Below are positions 40,606 through 50,172 of a stretch of 64,000 nucleotides of DNA, in pieces. Position 1 is the first letter of the stretch. Each line of letters opens with the position of its first letter. This DNA comes from a virus. Taxonomy: Duplodnaviria > Caudoviricetes. The position numbers and the translations under genes are program-made. Under the pieces are notes generated by a model, which made no database searches, had not been told where the DNA came from, and worked only from the letters and a program-made list of their open reading frames with translations. Where the stretch lies: the IMG/VR virus record IMGVR_UViG_3300031760_000029, positions 18,593 through 82,592 of that record; one strand, given 5' to 3'.

Positions 40606-41763
40606 ATGTTAAACGAAAACAAGGAACGAGAGCTTGCGTATATAGTAGTAGTTGACAATGTCGAACCAATTGATGGTTACGACAAGATTGCTTATGCAAC
40701 GGTTGGCGGCTGGCACTGTGTCGTTGGTGCAGATATGAAAGCTGGAGATAAGGCGATTTATTTTGAAATTGATTCTCTGTTGCCGAGCACGGATCAGAGA
40801 TTTGCATTCTGCGAAAAATATCATTACAAGGTGAAAACCCAAAAATACTGTAAGGGATCTAGAATCTCACAGGGCTTGTTACTTCCGATTACAGAGTTTC
40901 CTGAGTTTGTAGATGCTGAAGTGGGAACATTTGTTACTAAGCAGCTTGGTGTTACCTATTACGATCCAATGGACCGTGCAAGGAAGAGTAAGGGCGAATC
41001 AACTCCTCAGTATAAGAACTGGTTTAAGAGATGGAGTAAGAGATTTCCATTCAAACAGTTGTTGAGTACAAGGATTGGTAGAAAGGTTTTATTTCCGATC
41101 TTTACCGTTAAAAAGAAAAAGCGCGTTTGGCCAGACTTTATTCCGAAGACGGATGAAGAAAGAATAAATAACTGCTGTTATGTATTAAATGATAAGACAC
41201 CATACGAGGTGTCGGAGAAGGTCGACGGTTCAAGTAGCAGTTATGGCATCAGACGTGGTAAGCATGGCAAGTATGAGTACTATGTATGTTCTCGTAACGT
41301 AGTATTCCCCAGCGCCGATCAAACGTCGTATTATGCCAAGAATATTTGGTGGGAGATGTATGAAAAATATAACATCAAGGATTTTTTAACAGATTTCCTT
41401 GAGAAGACTGGTGCAGAGTGGGTATATCTCCAGGGAGAGACGTTCGGTGATGGAGTACAGAAGCGTGATTACTCTATCAAGTGCAGAGATTTCAGAGCGT
41501 TCGTCCTGTGTACTTCGCAGCGTGTCAGATACTCGTATGCGGAAACCAAGGAGATACTTGATCAATATAATATTCCTACAGTGCCGATTATTGACACGAA
41601 TTTCATTCTGCCAGATACCGCTGATGAGTTAATCACATATGCTGCTGGTCCATCTGCTATTGATGGATTGCCGAGAGAGGGTATTGTCTTAAGAAGTGTA
41701 AATGATCCGACAAAGAGCTTTAAAGCCGTAGATCCAGCTTATTTACTGCGTTTCCACGGATGA
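40606..41763 (+). CDS. ATP-dependent RNA ligase (DRB0094/Rnl2-like, N-terminal OB-like domain)
   Basis: RELAYIV.V..VEPI.G.DKI; motif I EKVDGSS; QGETFG; motif IV REGIV; motif V SFKAV. Confidence 0.85.
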   Translation: MLNENKERELAYIVVVDNVEPIDGYDKIAYATVGGWHCVVGADMKAGDKAIYFEIDSLLPSTDQRFAFCEKYHYKVKTQKYCKGSRISQGLLLPITEFPEFVDAEVGTFVTKQLGVTYYDPMDRARKSKGESTPQYKNWFKRWSKRFPFKQLLSTRIGRKVLFPIFTVKKKKRVWPDFIPKTDEERINNCCYVLNDKTPYEVSEKVDGSSSSYGIRRGKHGKYEYYVCSRNVVFPSADQTSYYAKNIWWEMYEKYNIKDFLTDFLEKTGAEWVYLQGETFGDGVQKRDYSIKCRDFRAFVLCTSQRVRYSYAETKEILDQYNIPTVPIIDTNFILPDTADELITYAAGPSAIDGLPREGIVLRSVNDPTKSFKAVDPAYLLRFHG

Positions 41764-41779
41764 TAAAAGGAGAAGAAGT

Positions 41780-42016
41780 ATGAAAAACGAAGAAGATTAT
41801 TTATACGAAATATTTAAACAAGCCGAAGAAGAAAGAAAAAAGAAAAACATAAATGCATTTATGTCTGGTCTCAAAGGTGGATTGGTATGTGATTTAGATG
41901 AGGCGTATTCATCTGGCGATTCTGTTAAATATAACAGATTGGTAACAAATATAAAGCAGCAGGGTATGCGTATTTATAGGAATTCAGATGGTAAGCATAA
42001 AATAAAAATAGTGTAA
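41780..42016 (+). CDS. small hypothetical protein
   Basis: RIYRNSDGKHKI motif shared with 48014-48220. Confidence 0.7.
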   Translation: MKNEEDYLYEIFKQAEEERKKKNINAFMSGLKGGLVCDLDEAYSSGDSVKYNRLVTNIKQQGMRIYRNSDGKHKIKIV

Positions 42017-42031
42017 CGAAAAGGAGAGTCT

Positions 42032-42526
42032 ATGGCTCGAAAAGTGAAATGTGTTGATACAGGTGAGTATTCCACATCAGATGTCGCATATCGGGCCACG
42101 AACGGTAAATATTGGTCGTCCGTGGCCGCGTATAACCACCACCAGGATCAGATGGAATGGTTTCATAAGTGTGTCAATCTGATAATGGGTGAGCTTGGGT
42201 ATGATGAGAATTTTATACCAACCCTTATTATGAAGAATCTGAAGAGATACGAAAAAGTTGGTTATGATGTCGCATATGACACCATCAACCACGTACACGA
42301 TTCAATTGTGTGGGCACTACAAAATAAGACTTTTATTAAAGAGTTTAATAAAATCACATATGTGTTTCGGATTATAGACAATCATGTACTTGATGTATAT
42401 GAGGAAAGAAAACGAGATAGGGAACAAAAGCGGATAAATGATGGGATGATTGTTCCCCAAAATGATGAGATAAATAATAGAAAGCAGGAGACGCATGACA
42501 TTAGCAGGTTTTTGGCGGAGGATTAG
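42032..42526 (+). CDS. probable helicase loader (SPbeta YorH-like)
   Basis: MARKVKC N-terminus; directly before DnaB. Confidence 0.5.
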   Translation: MARKVKCVDTGEYSTSDVAYRATNGKYWSSVAAYNHHQDQMEWFHKCVNLIMGELGYDENFIPTLIMKNLKRYEKVGYDVAYDTINHVHDSIVWALQNKTFIKEFNKITYVFRIIDNHVLDVYEERKRDREQKRINDGMIVPQNDEINNRKQETHDISRFLAED

Positions 42527-42529
42527 CCT

Positions 42530-43975
42530 ATGGATTATGAGAAGTTACCCAAAGAGTTGACGGAGAAGCGCGAGGTTATTGAATGTAACTTCGTGCTTTC
42601 ACTTTATAAGGATGTGACGCTGGTTGACGATTACAAAAATGTGGTCAATGGCGAAGATATTCTTACAGAAGACGGCATGTATTACTATGGATTAATTCAG
42701 AATCTTCGCAGAGCTGGATATTCCGTGGCAGACAATATGAGTATATACGAGTATCTTGAAGATAAGAAAACTCTTAAAAAGGAATTCGAGAAGCGCGGCG
42801 GGTTCGGATCAATACAGGAAATTACTGGACTACTTACTCTTGAGAATCTTGACGTGTATTATGATGAGTTATGTAAGAGTAACTTACTTATCAGATTGCA
42901 CGACAAGGGTTTCAATGTGTTGCAGAACTTAAATATGTTCAAAGAAATGAGCGCCGAAGAAGTATACGACTATATGGAGTTCCAGTTGGCGGATACTTCT
43001 GTCGGAAAAATCGACAAAAGTCAAGTGGTTGATTTGACAAAAGGATACGATGCTTTCATTAAAGAATGGGATGAAGGGAATGACGTTGGTTTTAAGATCG
43101 GATTATCTATGCTGAATTATCAACTTCTTGGGATTCACAAAAAACATTTAATGTTGCATCTCGCTGGAATAGGACAGGGTAAAACCACAACAGCTATTGC
43201 TTGGTATGTTATTCCAGCAATTAAAAATGGGGATAGTGTAACAATTATTGCAAACGAACAAGGAGAATCAGAGTGGAGACAGATGTTATTGTCCACAATA
43301 ATTTTCAATGAAATAAATAGATATGTTAAAGGTCTTGATCGTCATAAAATGATTATAGGCAATTTCACACAGGAACAAAAGGATATAATGTATGAGGCTG
43401 AAAACTGGTTAAGCCAACAGCCAGGGAAGGTATACTTTATTGATACGCAAGATTATGATGTTAAGAGCATTAAGAAGCATATTGCAAGACAGTCTAAGCT
43501 CGGATGTGGTCTGTTTATTATTGATACAATGAAAATAACAGACGATCTCGAAAAAGCTTGGGCTGTTTTCAGTGAGGCTGCCAAGGGATTGTTCCTTGCA
43601 GCAAAAAAATATGATGTGGCAATTGTGGCTACTATGCAGTTATCTCCAGAAGCAATGCAACGCAAATATCTGGATTTAACTTGTATCGGAAAATCTAAAG
43701 CAACAGCAGAGACTGCAAGTACTGTAGTTATGTTCCGTTCTCTTGCAAGATCTGAGAAAGAAAAGATTGAGGCTTACGAATATGATAAGGATAATAGAAA
43801 GATAAAAAGGAATATATCACTTGACCCAGATAAGGATTATATTATGATATTCACACCTAAGAATAGATACGGAAATATTTCGCCGCAGATCATTGTGGAG
43901 CGTAATATGAGTTTCAATTCTTATAAGCAGATTGGATGGTACGAATGTGAATTTGATCAATTCCGAACAAGATGA
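42530..43975 (+). CDS. dnaB: DnaB-like replicative helicase
   Basis: AGIGQGKTT Walker A, IIANEQ, LFIIDTMK Walker B, ATMQL and PKNRYG. Confidence 0.85.
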   Translation: MDYEKLPKELTEKREVIECNFVLSLYKDVTLVDDYKNVVNGEDILTEDGMYYYGLIQNLRRAGYSVADNMSIYEYLEDKKTLKKEFEKRGGFGSIQEITGLLTLENLDVYYDELCKSNLLIRLHDKGFNVLQNLNMFKEMSAEEVYDYMEFQLADTSVGKIDKSQVVDLTKGYDAFIKEWDEGNDVGFKIGLSMLNYQLLGIHKKHLMLHLAGIGQGKTTTAIAWYVIPAIKNGDSVTIIANEQGESEWRQMLLSTIIFNEINRYVKGLDRHKMIIGNFTQEQKDIMYEAENWLSQQPGKVYFIDTQDYDVKSIKKHIARQSKLGCGLFIIDTMKITDDLEKAWAVFSEAAKGLFLAAKKYDVAIVATMQLSPEAMQRKYLDLTCIGKSKATAETASTVVMFRSLARSEKEKIEAYEYDKDNRKIKRNISLDPDKDYIMIFTPKNRYGNISPQIIVERNMSFNSYKQIGWYECEFDQFRTR

Positions 43976-43976
43976 C

Positions 43977-44013
43977 TTGACAACGCGACTCACACGCGCT
44001 AAAATTAACGCGT
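43977..44013 (+). promoter_or_regulatory. sigmaA promoter with CTAAAATTAACG box and CGCG repeats
   Basis: TTGACA-17 bp (acgcgactcacacgcgc)-TAAAAT. Confidence 0.8.
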
Positions 44014-44032
44014 ACACACGAAAGGAGCAACG

Positions 44033-45160
44033 ATGGTATACTTAGATAATGCAGCAACCACGCGGGTTAGACCAAAAGTCGCGGACGTGATGGACGCGTG
44101 GACGCGTAGTGATTATGGATTCGGAAATCCAAGCAGTCCTTATGAGATTGGACGCGACGCGCATCAAGCAATTTATCGCGCAAGATGTCATGTGGCAAAT
44201 ATGATTAATGCAGATCCAGACGATATCTTCTTTACATCTTGTGGATCAGAGGCGAACTCTTGGGCAATCGATGGACTGTATTGTATCGAAAATGGTGGCG
44301 CGGTATTGATGTCCAACATCGAACATCATTCTATTCTGAATAATAGATGTAAAAAGAAACTGATTGGCGTTGATCACAATGGACGTATTGATCTGCAGGC
44401 TCTGGAGGACAACATCGAAGCAGACACTCCAATTGTCGCGATTATGATGGTCAATAATGAGATCGGAACTGTTCAGGATATTGCAACTCTGGATGAGATG
44501 TGCCTTGACCACAACGTATTTCTTCATATGGATGCGGTACAGGCTCTTGGGCACATCCCGATTGATGTGAGTAAATTCAGCGCTATCAGTTCGATTTCAA
44601 TGAGTGCGCACAAGATTGGCGGACCCAAGGGTGTTGGCGCATTATGGATACAGAGAGATGTGCAGCAGCTTTATCATTCGCTTATTCACGGAGGCCAGCA
44701 GGAACAAGGAAAGCGCGGCGGAACAGAAAATATTACTGGCATTATCGGGTTTGGTGAAGCATGTCATGAGACATATTTGAATATGCCATACGAACATGCG
44801 AAATACAATGACTTCAAGAATCTATTCGTTAGTGGATTGAGTAGTAAGATTGATGGTATTGAATTCAATCGCGGTGTTGATGATATGTTTGTTCCCAATA
44901 TCATTAGCACCAAAATTAAAGGGGTAAAAGCGGAAGAACTTATTGAATATCTAAATGTTGAACACGTGTATGTATCCTCTGGATCTGCTTGCAATACAAG
45001 TGATAATGAACCTTCGCATGTACTAAAGTCGATTGGATTATCTGATGAAGATGCTAACAGCACAATTCGCGTGTCGTTTGGATGGGATACAGAAGCAGAT
45101 GATGTAAAGAATGGAATTAATGCGATTGTGCGTGGAGTTGAGCTATTAAGGAGCAGATGA
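44033..45160 (+). CDS. iscS: cysteine desulfurase (IscS/NifS family)
   Basis: YLDNAATT, FTSCGSEA, EHHS, VNNEIG, HMDAVQ, SAHK (PLP lysine), RGGT and SSGSAC (catalytic Cys). Confidence 0.93.
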   Translation: MVYLDNAATTRVRPKVADVMDAWTRSDYGFGNPSSPYEIGRDAHQAIYRARCHVANMINADPDDIFFTSCGSEANSWAIDGLYCIENGGAVLMSNIEHHSILNNRCKKKLIGVDHNGRIDLQALEDNIEADTPIVAIMMVNNEIGTVQDIATLDEMCLDHNVFLHMDAVQALGHIPIDVSKFSAISSISMSAHKIGGPKGVGALWIQRDVQQLYHSLIHGGQQEQGKRGGTENITGIIGFGEACHETYLNMPYEHAKYNDFKNLFVSGLSSKIDGIEFNRGVDDMFVPNIISTKIKGVKAEELIEYLNVEHVYVSSGSACNTSDNEPSHVLKSIGLSDEDANSTIRVSFGWDTEADDVKNGINAIVRGVELLRSR

Positions 45161-45260
45161 TGATGTACACGAATACGCAATTGTTGCGAATGATCAATAA
45201 GCCGAAGAAGAAGACTTGGAAAGAACGTATTAACAGATTTCTTAAAGAAAGGGGTTTACG

Positions 45261-45506
45261 ATGAAACAAATTTATGTTGCAGATGACGGCAAACAGTTCG
45301 ACACGGCAGAGGCTTGCGAGATGTACGAAGCCAAGAAGAACAGAGTAGAAGAAGAGCGTAAGAAGAAAGATATCGAACGCAAGAGACGTCTGAAGGAAGT
45401 CAATGATGCTTATGATAAGTATGAGGAACTGGCTCGAAAGTATTACTATGATTACTCTGATACTGATTCTTCTTGGAATAGTTTACTATACACTGTGCTT
45501 AAGTAA
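45261..45506 (+). CDS. small hypothetical protein
   Basis: YVADDGKQFDT...C..YE; 81 aa. Confidence 0.7.
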   Translation: MKQIYVADDGKQFDTAEACEMYEAKKNRVEEERKKKDIERKRRLKEVNDAYDKYEELARKYYYDYSDTDSSWNSLLYTVLK

Positions 45507-45517
45507 GAGGTATGTGA

Positions 45518-46567
45518 ATGATTAATGCAGTCGAGCTTCAAGAAAAGCTGACTGGCGACCCGCAACTGATAATCAAAGTGTTAATCGAACTTGGATTTGA
45601 TGAGGAGCATATTGTATATCATGAGCAAAAGGGATTAATTACATCAAGACGCCCAGAAGATGGGGCTGATAATCCCCAGGGCTTCCTTATATATGTTGAC
45701 ACTACGCGATACATGTTTACAACACGTAGCGGATCTGGCAACTTGTTCAGCCTTGTTATGGATATGAGAGGTGTTACATTCCCAGAATCTCTTAATCTCA
45801 TAGCAGGCTGGATTGGTTTTAAAGGTAGCCAAAACATTCAAATCATACGACCATTTGGAGGATTTTACAGAAAACTTACACCACAAGATGACATACTGGA
45901 TACGGACTTACCAGTATATAGTGAGAATAATCTTCCAGATGTTACTGCAGGTGTTAGTAAACTATTCCTCGATGACAACATATCACTTACAGTGCAGGAA
46001 GCATTCGAGGATAGGTTCGATCACGAGAACAATGCAATCTTGATCCCAATCAGAAACTCTCACGGGCAACTGGTTGGGATCAAAGCTCGAAATAATGAAA
46101 AGAATCCAGAAGATGGTAGACGGTATTGGGCGAGCTTACCTTTTCAGAAGACACATGTGGTATACGGGTTAGATAAGAACTATCAAAACATCATTCAGAA
46201 AGACACGCTTATTATTTTAGAAGCAGAAAAAGGGGTCCAGCAAGCATATAGTTTCGACTGCAAGATATGTGTTGCGATCATGGGTCACTCTGTATCTAAG
46301 GTGCAGGCCAGGATTATCAAGTCTCTAATGGTGCGCAAGGTAATCGTGGCATTAGATGAAGGCATTTCTGAAGATGAAATACGAGAGCAATGTCGCCAGT
46401 TACAAGTAGACCTACCGTTTTTTAAGAATAATGTATATTACATTTACGGCGGAATGCCTGAAGGATCAAAGAATTCTCCAACAGATTGTGGGAGAGAAGT
46501 GTTTCAAAAACTTATTAAAGAGAATTTAAAGAGGTTCGAATGGAACGAGAAGCAGATAAGCGATTAG
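45518..46567 (+). CDS. DNA primase (TOPRIM)
   Basis: ILIPIRN..GQLVGIKAR, VYGL, IILEAEK and VALDEG. Confidence 0.85.
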   Translation: MINAVELQEKLTGDPQLIIKVLIELGFDEEHIVYHEQKGLITSRRPEDGADNPQGFLIYVDTTRYMFTTRSGSGNLFSLVMDMRGVTFPESLNLIAGWIGFKGSQNIQIIRPFGGFYRKLTPQDDILDTDLPVYSENNLPDVTAGVSKLFLDDNISLTVQEAFEDRFDHENNAILIPIRNSHGQLVGIKARNNEKNPEDGRRYWASLPFQKTHVVYGLDKNYQNIIQKDTLIILEAEKGVQQAYSFDCKICVAIMGHSVSKVQARIIKSLMVRKVIVALDEGISEDEIREQCRQLQVDLPFFKNNVYYIYGGMPEGSKNSPTDCGREVFQKLIKENLKRFEWNEKQISD

Positions 46568-47655
46568 AAGAAATAAGGGCGAGTGGAAAGACTATCTATT
46601 CTATATCAAGATTAGATGCTATTAACAGGTGCTTGTACGAATCGTACATAACGTACATTTTAGGTGAGCGTGGCGGGGAGAACGTATACAGCGCACTTGG
46701 GGGTAGGACACACGATGTGCTTGAAGGGATTACAAACGGAACACATACAGAAGTGGATTTGCTGCCAGCAATGCAAGCTGAGTTAGACAATTTGGATGTT
46801 CTTGGTCTGGAGTTTCCGAAAGATCGTAGTGGTAACGATACAATTCGTCAGCACTGGATTCAAGATATGACGCATTTCTGTGTGACATACAAAGCTCCTC
46901 GCGGAAAGAATCTTAAGGCTGAGGAATTGATTATCTATGAGACGCCTGGTGGCAATTATTTGCAAGGATATATTGACTTACAGAATATCCGCAAAGATGG
47001 ATCGATTGATATTTACGATTACAAAACGTCAAGCATGTATACCAATAGCGCGATTGCAGAGCATGCGAGACAGCTGATTGTGTATGCTCTTGGTCTTGAA
47101 CAGGCTGGCAAGCAAGTAAATAGCGCTTCGTGGATCTTCCTTAAGTATGCAACTATCTCTTATATGGGGAAGAAATCTTCTCGCAGCAAAGAAGAAACAC
47201 TAATTACGAAGGATTTGGAGCGCTGCAAGATTGGTCAAGAGATGGCTGATAAGGTCGAATTAGATCTGATCAAGACTGGAATGGACGAGATAGACGCTCA
47301 GATTGTTGTTGATAAGTTTAAGAGGTCTGGATATTTCGGTGATTTGCCAGAAGAAGTTCGAGATAATTACAAGCTGAAGCCTTGTGTTGTCTCTGCGGAT
47401 ATTGGAGAAGAAGCAAAGAAAGAATGTATTGAATACATTGATTCGACTATTGCTAAGTGGGAGAGTCTGAGCGGCAAAGGTCAGGATTATCCTCCGAGGA
47501 AGTTTACAAAGACGACAAAGACGGGCAAAGAAGTAGGGGATTATTTCTTTTGTACTAACTTGTGTCCACATTTCAAGCGTTGTGGTTACATTCGCGATTA
47601 TCTTGATCAGATTAATAATGGGAAAGAACAGAGTAATGACGACGACTTATTTTAG
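46540..47655 (+). CDS. PD-(D/E)XK nuclease, Cas4/AddB-like with 1+3 Cys pattern
   Basis: YSISRL...C; GYIDL; IYDYKTS; QL.VY; C-terminal CTNLCPHFKRC. Confidence 0.8.
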   Translation: MEREADKRLEEIRASGKTIYSISRLDAINRCLYESYITYILGERGGENVYSALGGRTHDVLEGITNGTHTEVDLLPAMQAELDNLDVLGLEFPKDRSGNDTIRQHWIQDMTHFCVTYKAPRGKNLKAEELIIYETPGGNYLQGYIDLQNIRKDGSIDIYDYKTSSMYTNSAIAEHARQLIVYALGLEQAGKQVNSASWIFLKYATISYMGKKSSRSKEETLITKDLERCKIGQEMADKVELDLIKTGMDEIDAQIVVDKFKRSGYFGDLPEEVRDNYKLKPCVVSADIGEEAKKECIEYIDSTIAKWESLSGKGQDYPPRKFTKTTKTGKEVGDYFFCTNLCPHFKRCGYIRDYLDQINNGKEQSNDDDLF

Positions 47656-47673
47656 ATAGAAAGGTGAAAGATA

Positions 47674-49492
47674 ATGAAGTATTTTGACATTACAGAACAG
47701 AAATTCTGCGATATTCTTAGACAGCTCAAAGAAGCCGATGAACTCAAGTGTGAAGTGGATGATTTGATTCGTAAGCACATTCCAGAAGGTCATGATTTCC
47801 TAAGTGGTTACGGAATGTCAATTGATCATGAATGTGCGGTTGTTGATCTTCTTGAATTACTTACTCATGACAAAGGCGAATTGATTTCTTGGTGGTGCTG
47901 GGAGAAAGATTACGGAGAGAGAGAAGGTTTTGATGCTATGGATAAAGATGGAGATCCTATAGATCTCTCAACGCCAGAACTGTTATACGCATTCTTGCTG
48001 CAGGAATATAACAATGATAACGACGAGTGACATAGAGCATAAATTGAATTATTTGTATTCACATGGATTTAATGAGTATTCAGAACATTTGGAGATGGTT
48101 AAGGAGCTTGGATATAAGGTGTTCAGAAATTCAAAAGGGGAACACAAAATACAATTAGGTTCTGATTACTTGAAAGAAGCTTTTGGTGGTGTATTTGGAA
48201 ATTTATTTGGAGGAGACTGAGATGAGTTGGTACACTTCATTCTACCTAGCTATACAAGACAAGGATGGCAAGATCAGACCGTATGGCCCGTATAGCAGTT
48301 TAGGCAACAAGATGTGTCCGATCATAGAAACAAGCAGATCGTTTACAAGTGATCTGAAGGATTATTTTAATAAGATACCAGATGATGCCTGGACCCCAGA
48401 ACTTGAAAAAGAATTTTCGTACACTGACTTTGACGGCGAAAAGACAAGAAGTGACTATATTGGCTATCTTCCTCTTTCTCAATTACCTTCTGGTGACTTT
48501 ATTAAAACGGGGTACTTTTTAATTGACGAGATTGATAGATATGTTAAATCTCAAACAGATGACGAATGGTACTTTGATGGATTTAATGATGTATTAACTC
48601 CAGAGGCGTATATCAGGATGGTCGAAAATGAGATGAAATTCGGGAGGCCACAGAAGAAGATTGATGAATTTGGAGAAGAAGTTACTCCTCATAGTGCTTC
48701 TGAATATGCGTATTTCGCGTATCCAGAATATCAATGCAAAGAGTATGAAACATTCTTAATTCGTCAAGTAGCCAGTATGCTTGATGATTATAATGATGTT
48801 CCTGAAGGTTGCCAGTTAGTTGTTTTAAAAAATGAGGGATAAGAAATGAGAACACAAGAATATATTGACTCCTTAGAAATTGAGAATGATGCACTTCATC
48901 TTCATATTGCAAAGCTGGAAGAGATTATCTCTGACATTGTAAACAATACGTTTGAGGGTAATACGTCTCTTGATACGGTGGTCATTCAAAAGTATGGATG
49001 TCCTCCAGTAATTTATAAGAACGGAGTTCTTAAAGGAACGAAGAATGCATCTGCGGTTAGTCTGATATTCAAGACGAACGAGGATTACGATTGGCAACCT
49101 ACAAATTTAGTGATCGAGGAGGGTATGTAATGAGTGGAGAAGTAAGATTTATTGTAGATAAGGAGCATGGTGTTGTTGTTTGTAAACTGACTGGATGTAA
49201 AGATATTGCTGTATCAAGACTTGATAAATACATGCCGAATTATGATTATTATCTAATGGGTAGTCCGTATTGGCTTAACACGGACATCAAAGATACGTAC
49301 ACAGGAATTGCGAGATGTATGCCAGATGACGAGTGGGACGAAGAGTACGGTAAGAAATTGGCACTTCTTCGTGCCAAACAGAAACGTGGTAAGGCCGTCA
49401 ATAAAGTATTGCATATGGTTATGAATCAGATGGCTTGCGAAATGGATGACCTGAGAAACTACGGTATTCATAAGATTCCAGAGGAGATCTAA
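47674..49492 (+). CDS. hypothetical ORFs (47674-48030, 48014-48220, 48222-48842, 48846-49130, 49130-49492)
   Basis: Coupled, RBS-supported. Confidence 0.65.
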
Positions 49493-50172
49493 TGGAGAAA
49501 CTCAAGGTATTCTTTCTGGTCTTAGACATAGTGATCGTGATTACTGAGGTTTGTATATTCCACATGGTGGCAAAAGCAGACGAGATGATGGTTCAAGATC
49601 AGTCTTCTTTACTCGAATCAGTAATGTATGAGAATCAACCTGAGCTTGAGATAATACCAGGCATTGAAGAACCAGTGGAGGTATACCCCAGTAAATTACC
49701 AGACGTACCACTTGGGTACAGAAGATATATTCCAACGGATGTTCCGATTGAAGTATGGTTGGCTGCAGTCAAGTGGGGAATGATTTATGATCTGTCACCT
49801 AACTTCTTAAGCGCAATTGGATGGAAGGAGACGAGATGGTTAAATGTAAAGAGTAAGAGTGGATTATATTGGGGAGTGATGCAGATCCATCCAGCTTCCC
49901 ATAAGCGCAGAATGGAGAAACTTGGCGTCACAGATCTTATGGATATAGATCAGAATATGCATGTTGCAGCGGATTATTTAAGAGAGTTGTTGAATGAAGA
50001 AAACGATAGCGCGATTGCACTTATGAGATATCATGGTGAACCACAATCAAACATTACTCGTTATTTGTCGTCTGGAAAAATGTCATCATACGCTGCAACA
50101 ATACTAAAATTAAGCGATGAATTGGAAGAAAAGCATGAAATCGAAATGGAAGAAGGAGGATTTGTGGAATGA
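49492..50172 (+). CDS. lytic transglycosylase (SLT domain) with N-terminal TM or signal
   Basis: LSAIGWKET (catalytic E), GVMQI, DQNMHVAADYL and ALMRYHG. Confidence 0.8.
   Translation: MEKLKVFFLVLDIVIVITEVCIFHMVAKADEMMVQDQSSLLESVMYENQPELEIIPGIEEPVEVYPSKLPDVPLGYRRYIPTDVPIEVWLAAVKWGMIYDLSPNFLSAIGWKETRWLNVKSKSGLYWGVMQIHPASHKRRMEKLGVTDLMDIDQNMHVAADYLRELLNEENDSAIALMRYHGEPQSNITRYLSSGKMSSYAATILKLSDELEEKHEIEMEEGGFVE

Noticed and set aside
30467-45160. Dnd phosphorothioation system (DndB-like plus DndA-like IscS)
   Set aside because: The genes are 12 kb apart, no DndC, DndD or DndE is visible, and the DGQHR protein is better explained as YopQ-like by synteny. Not excluded for the rest of the genome.
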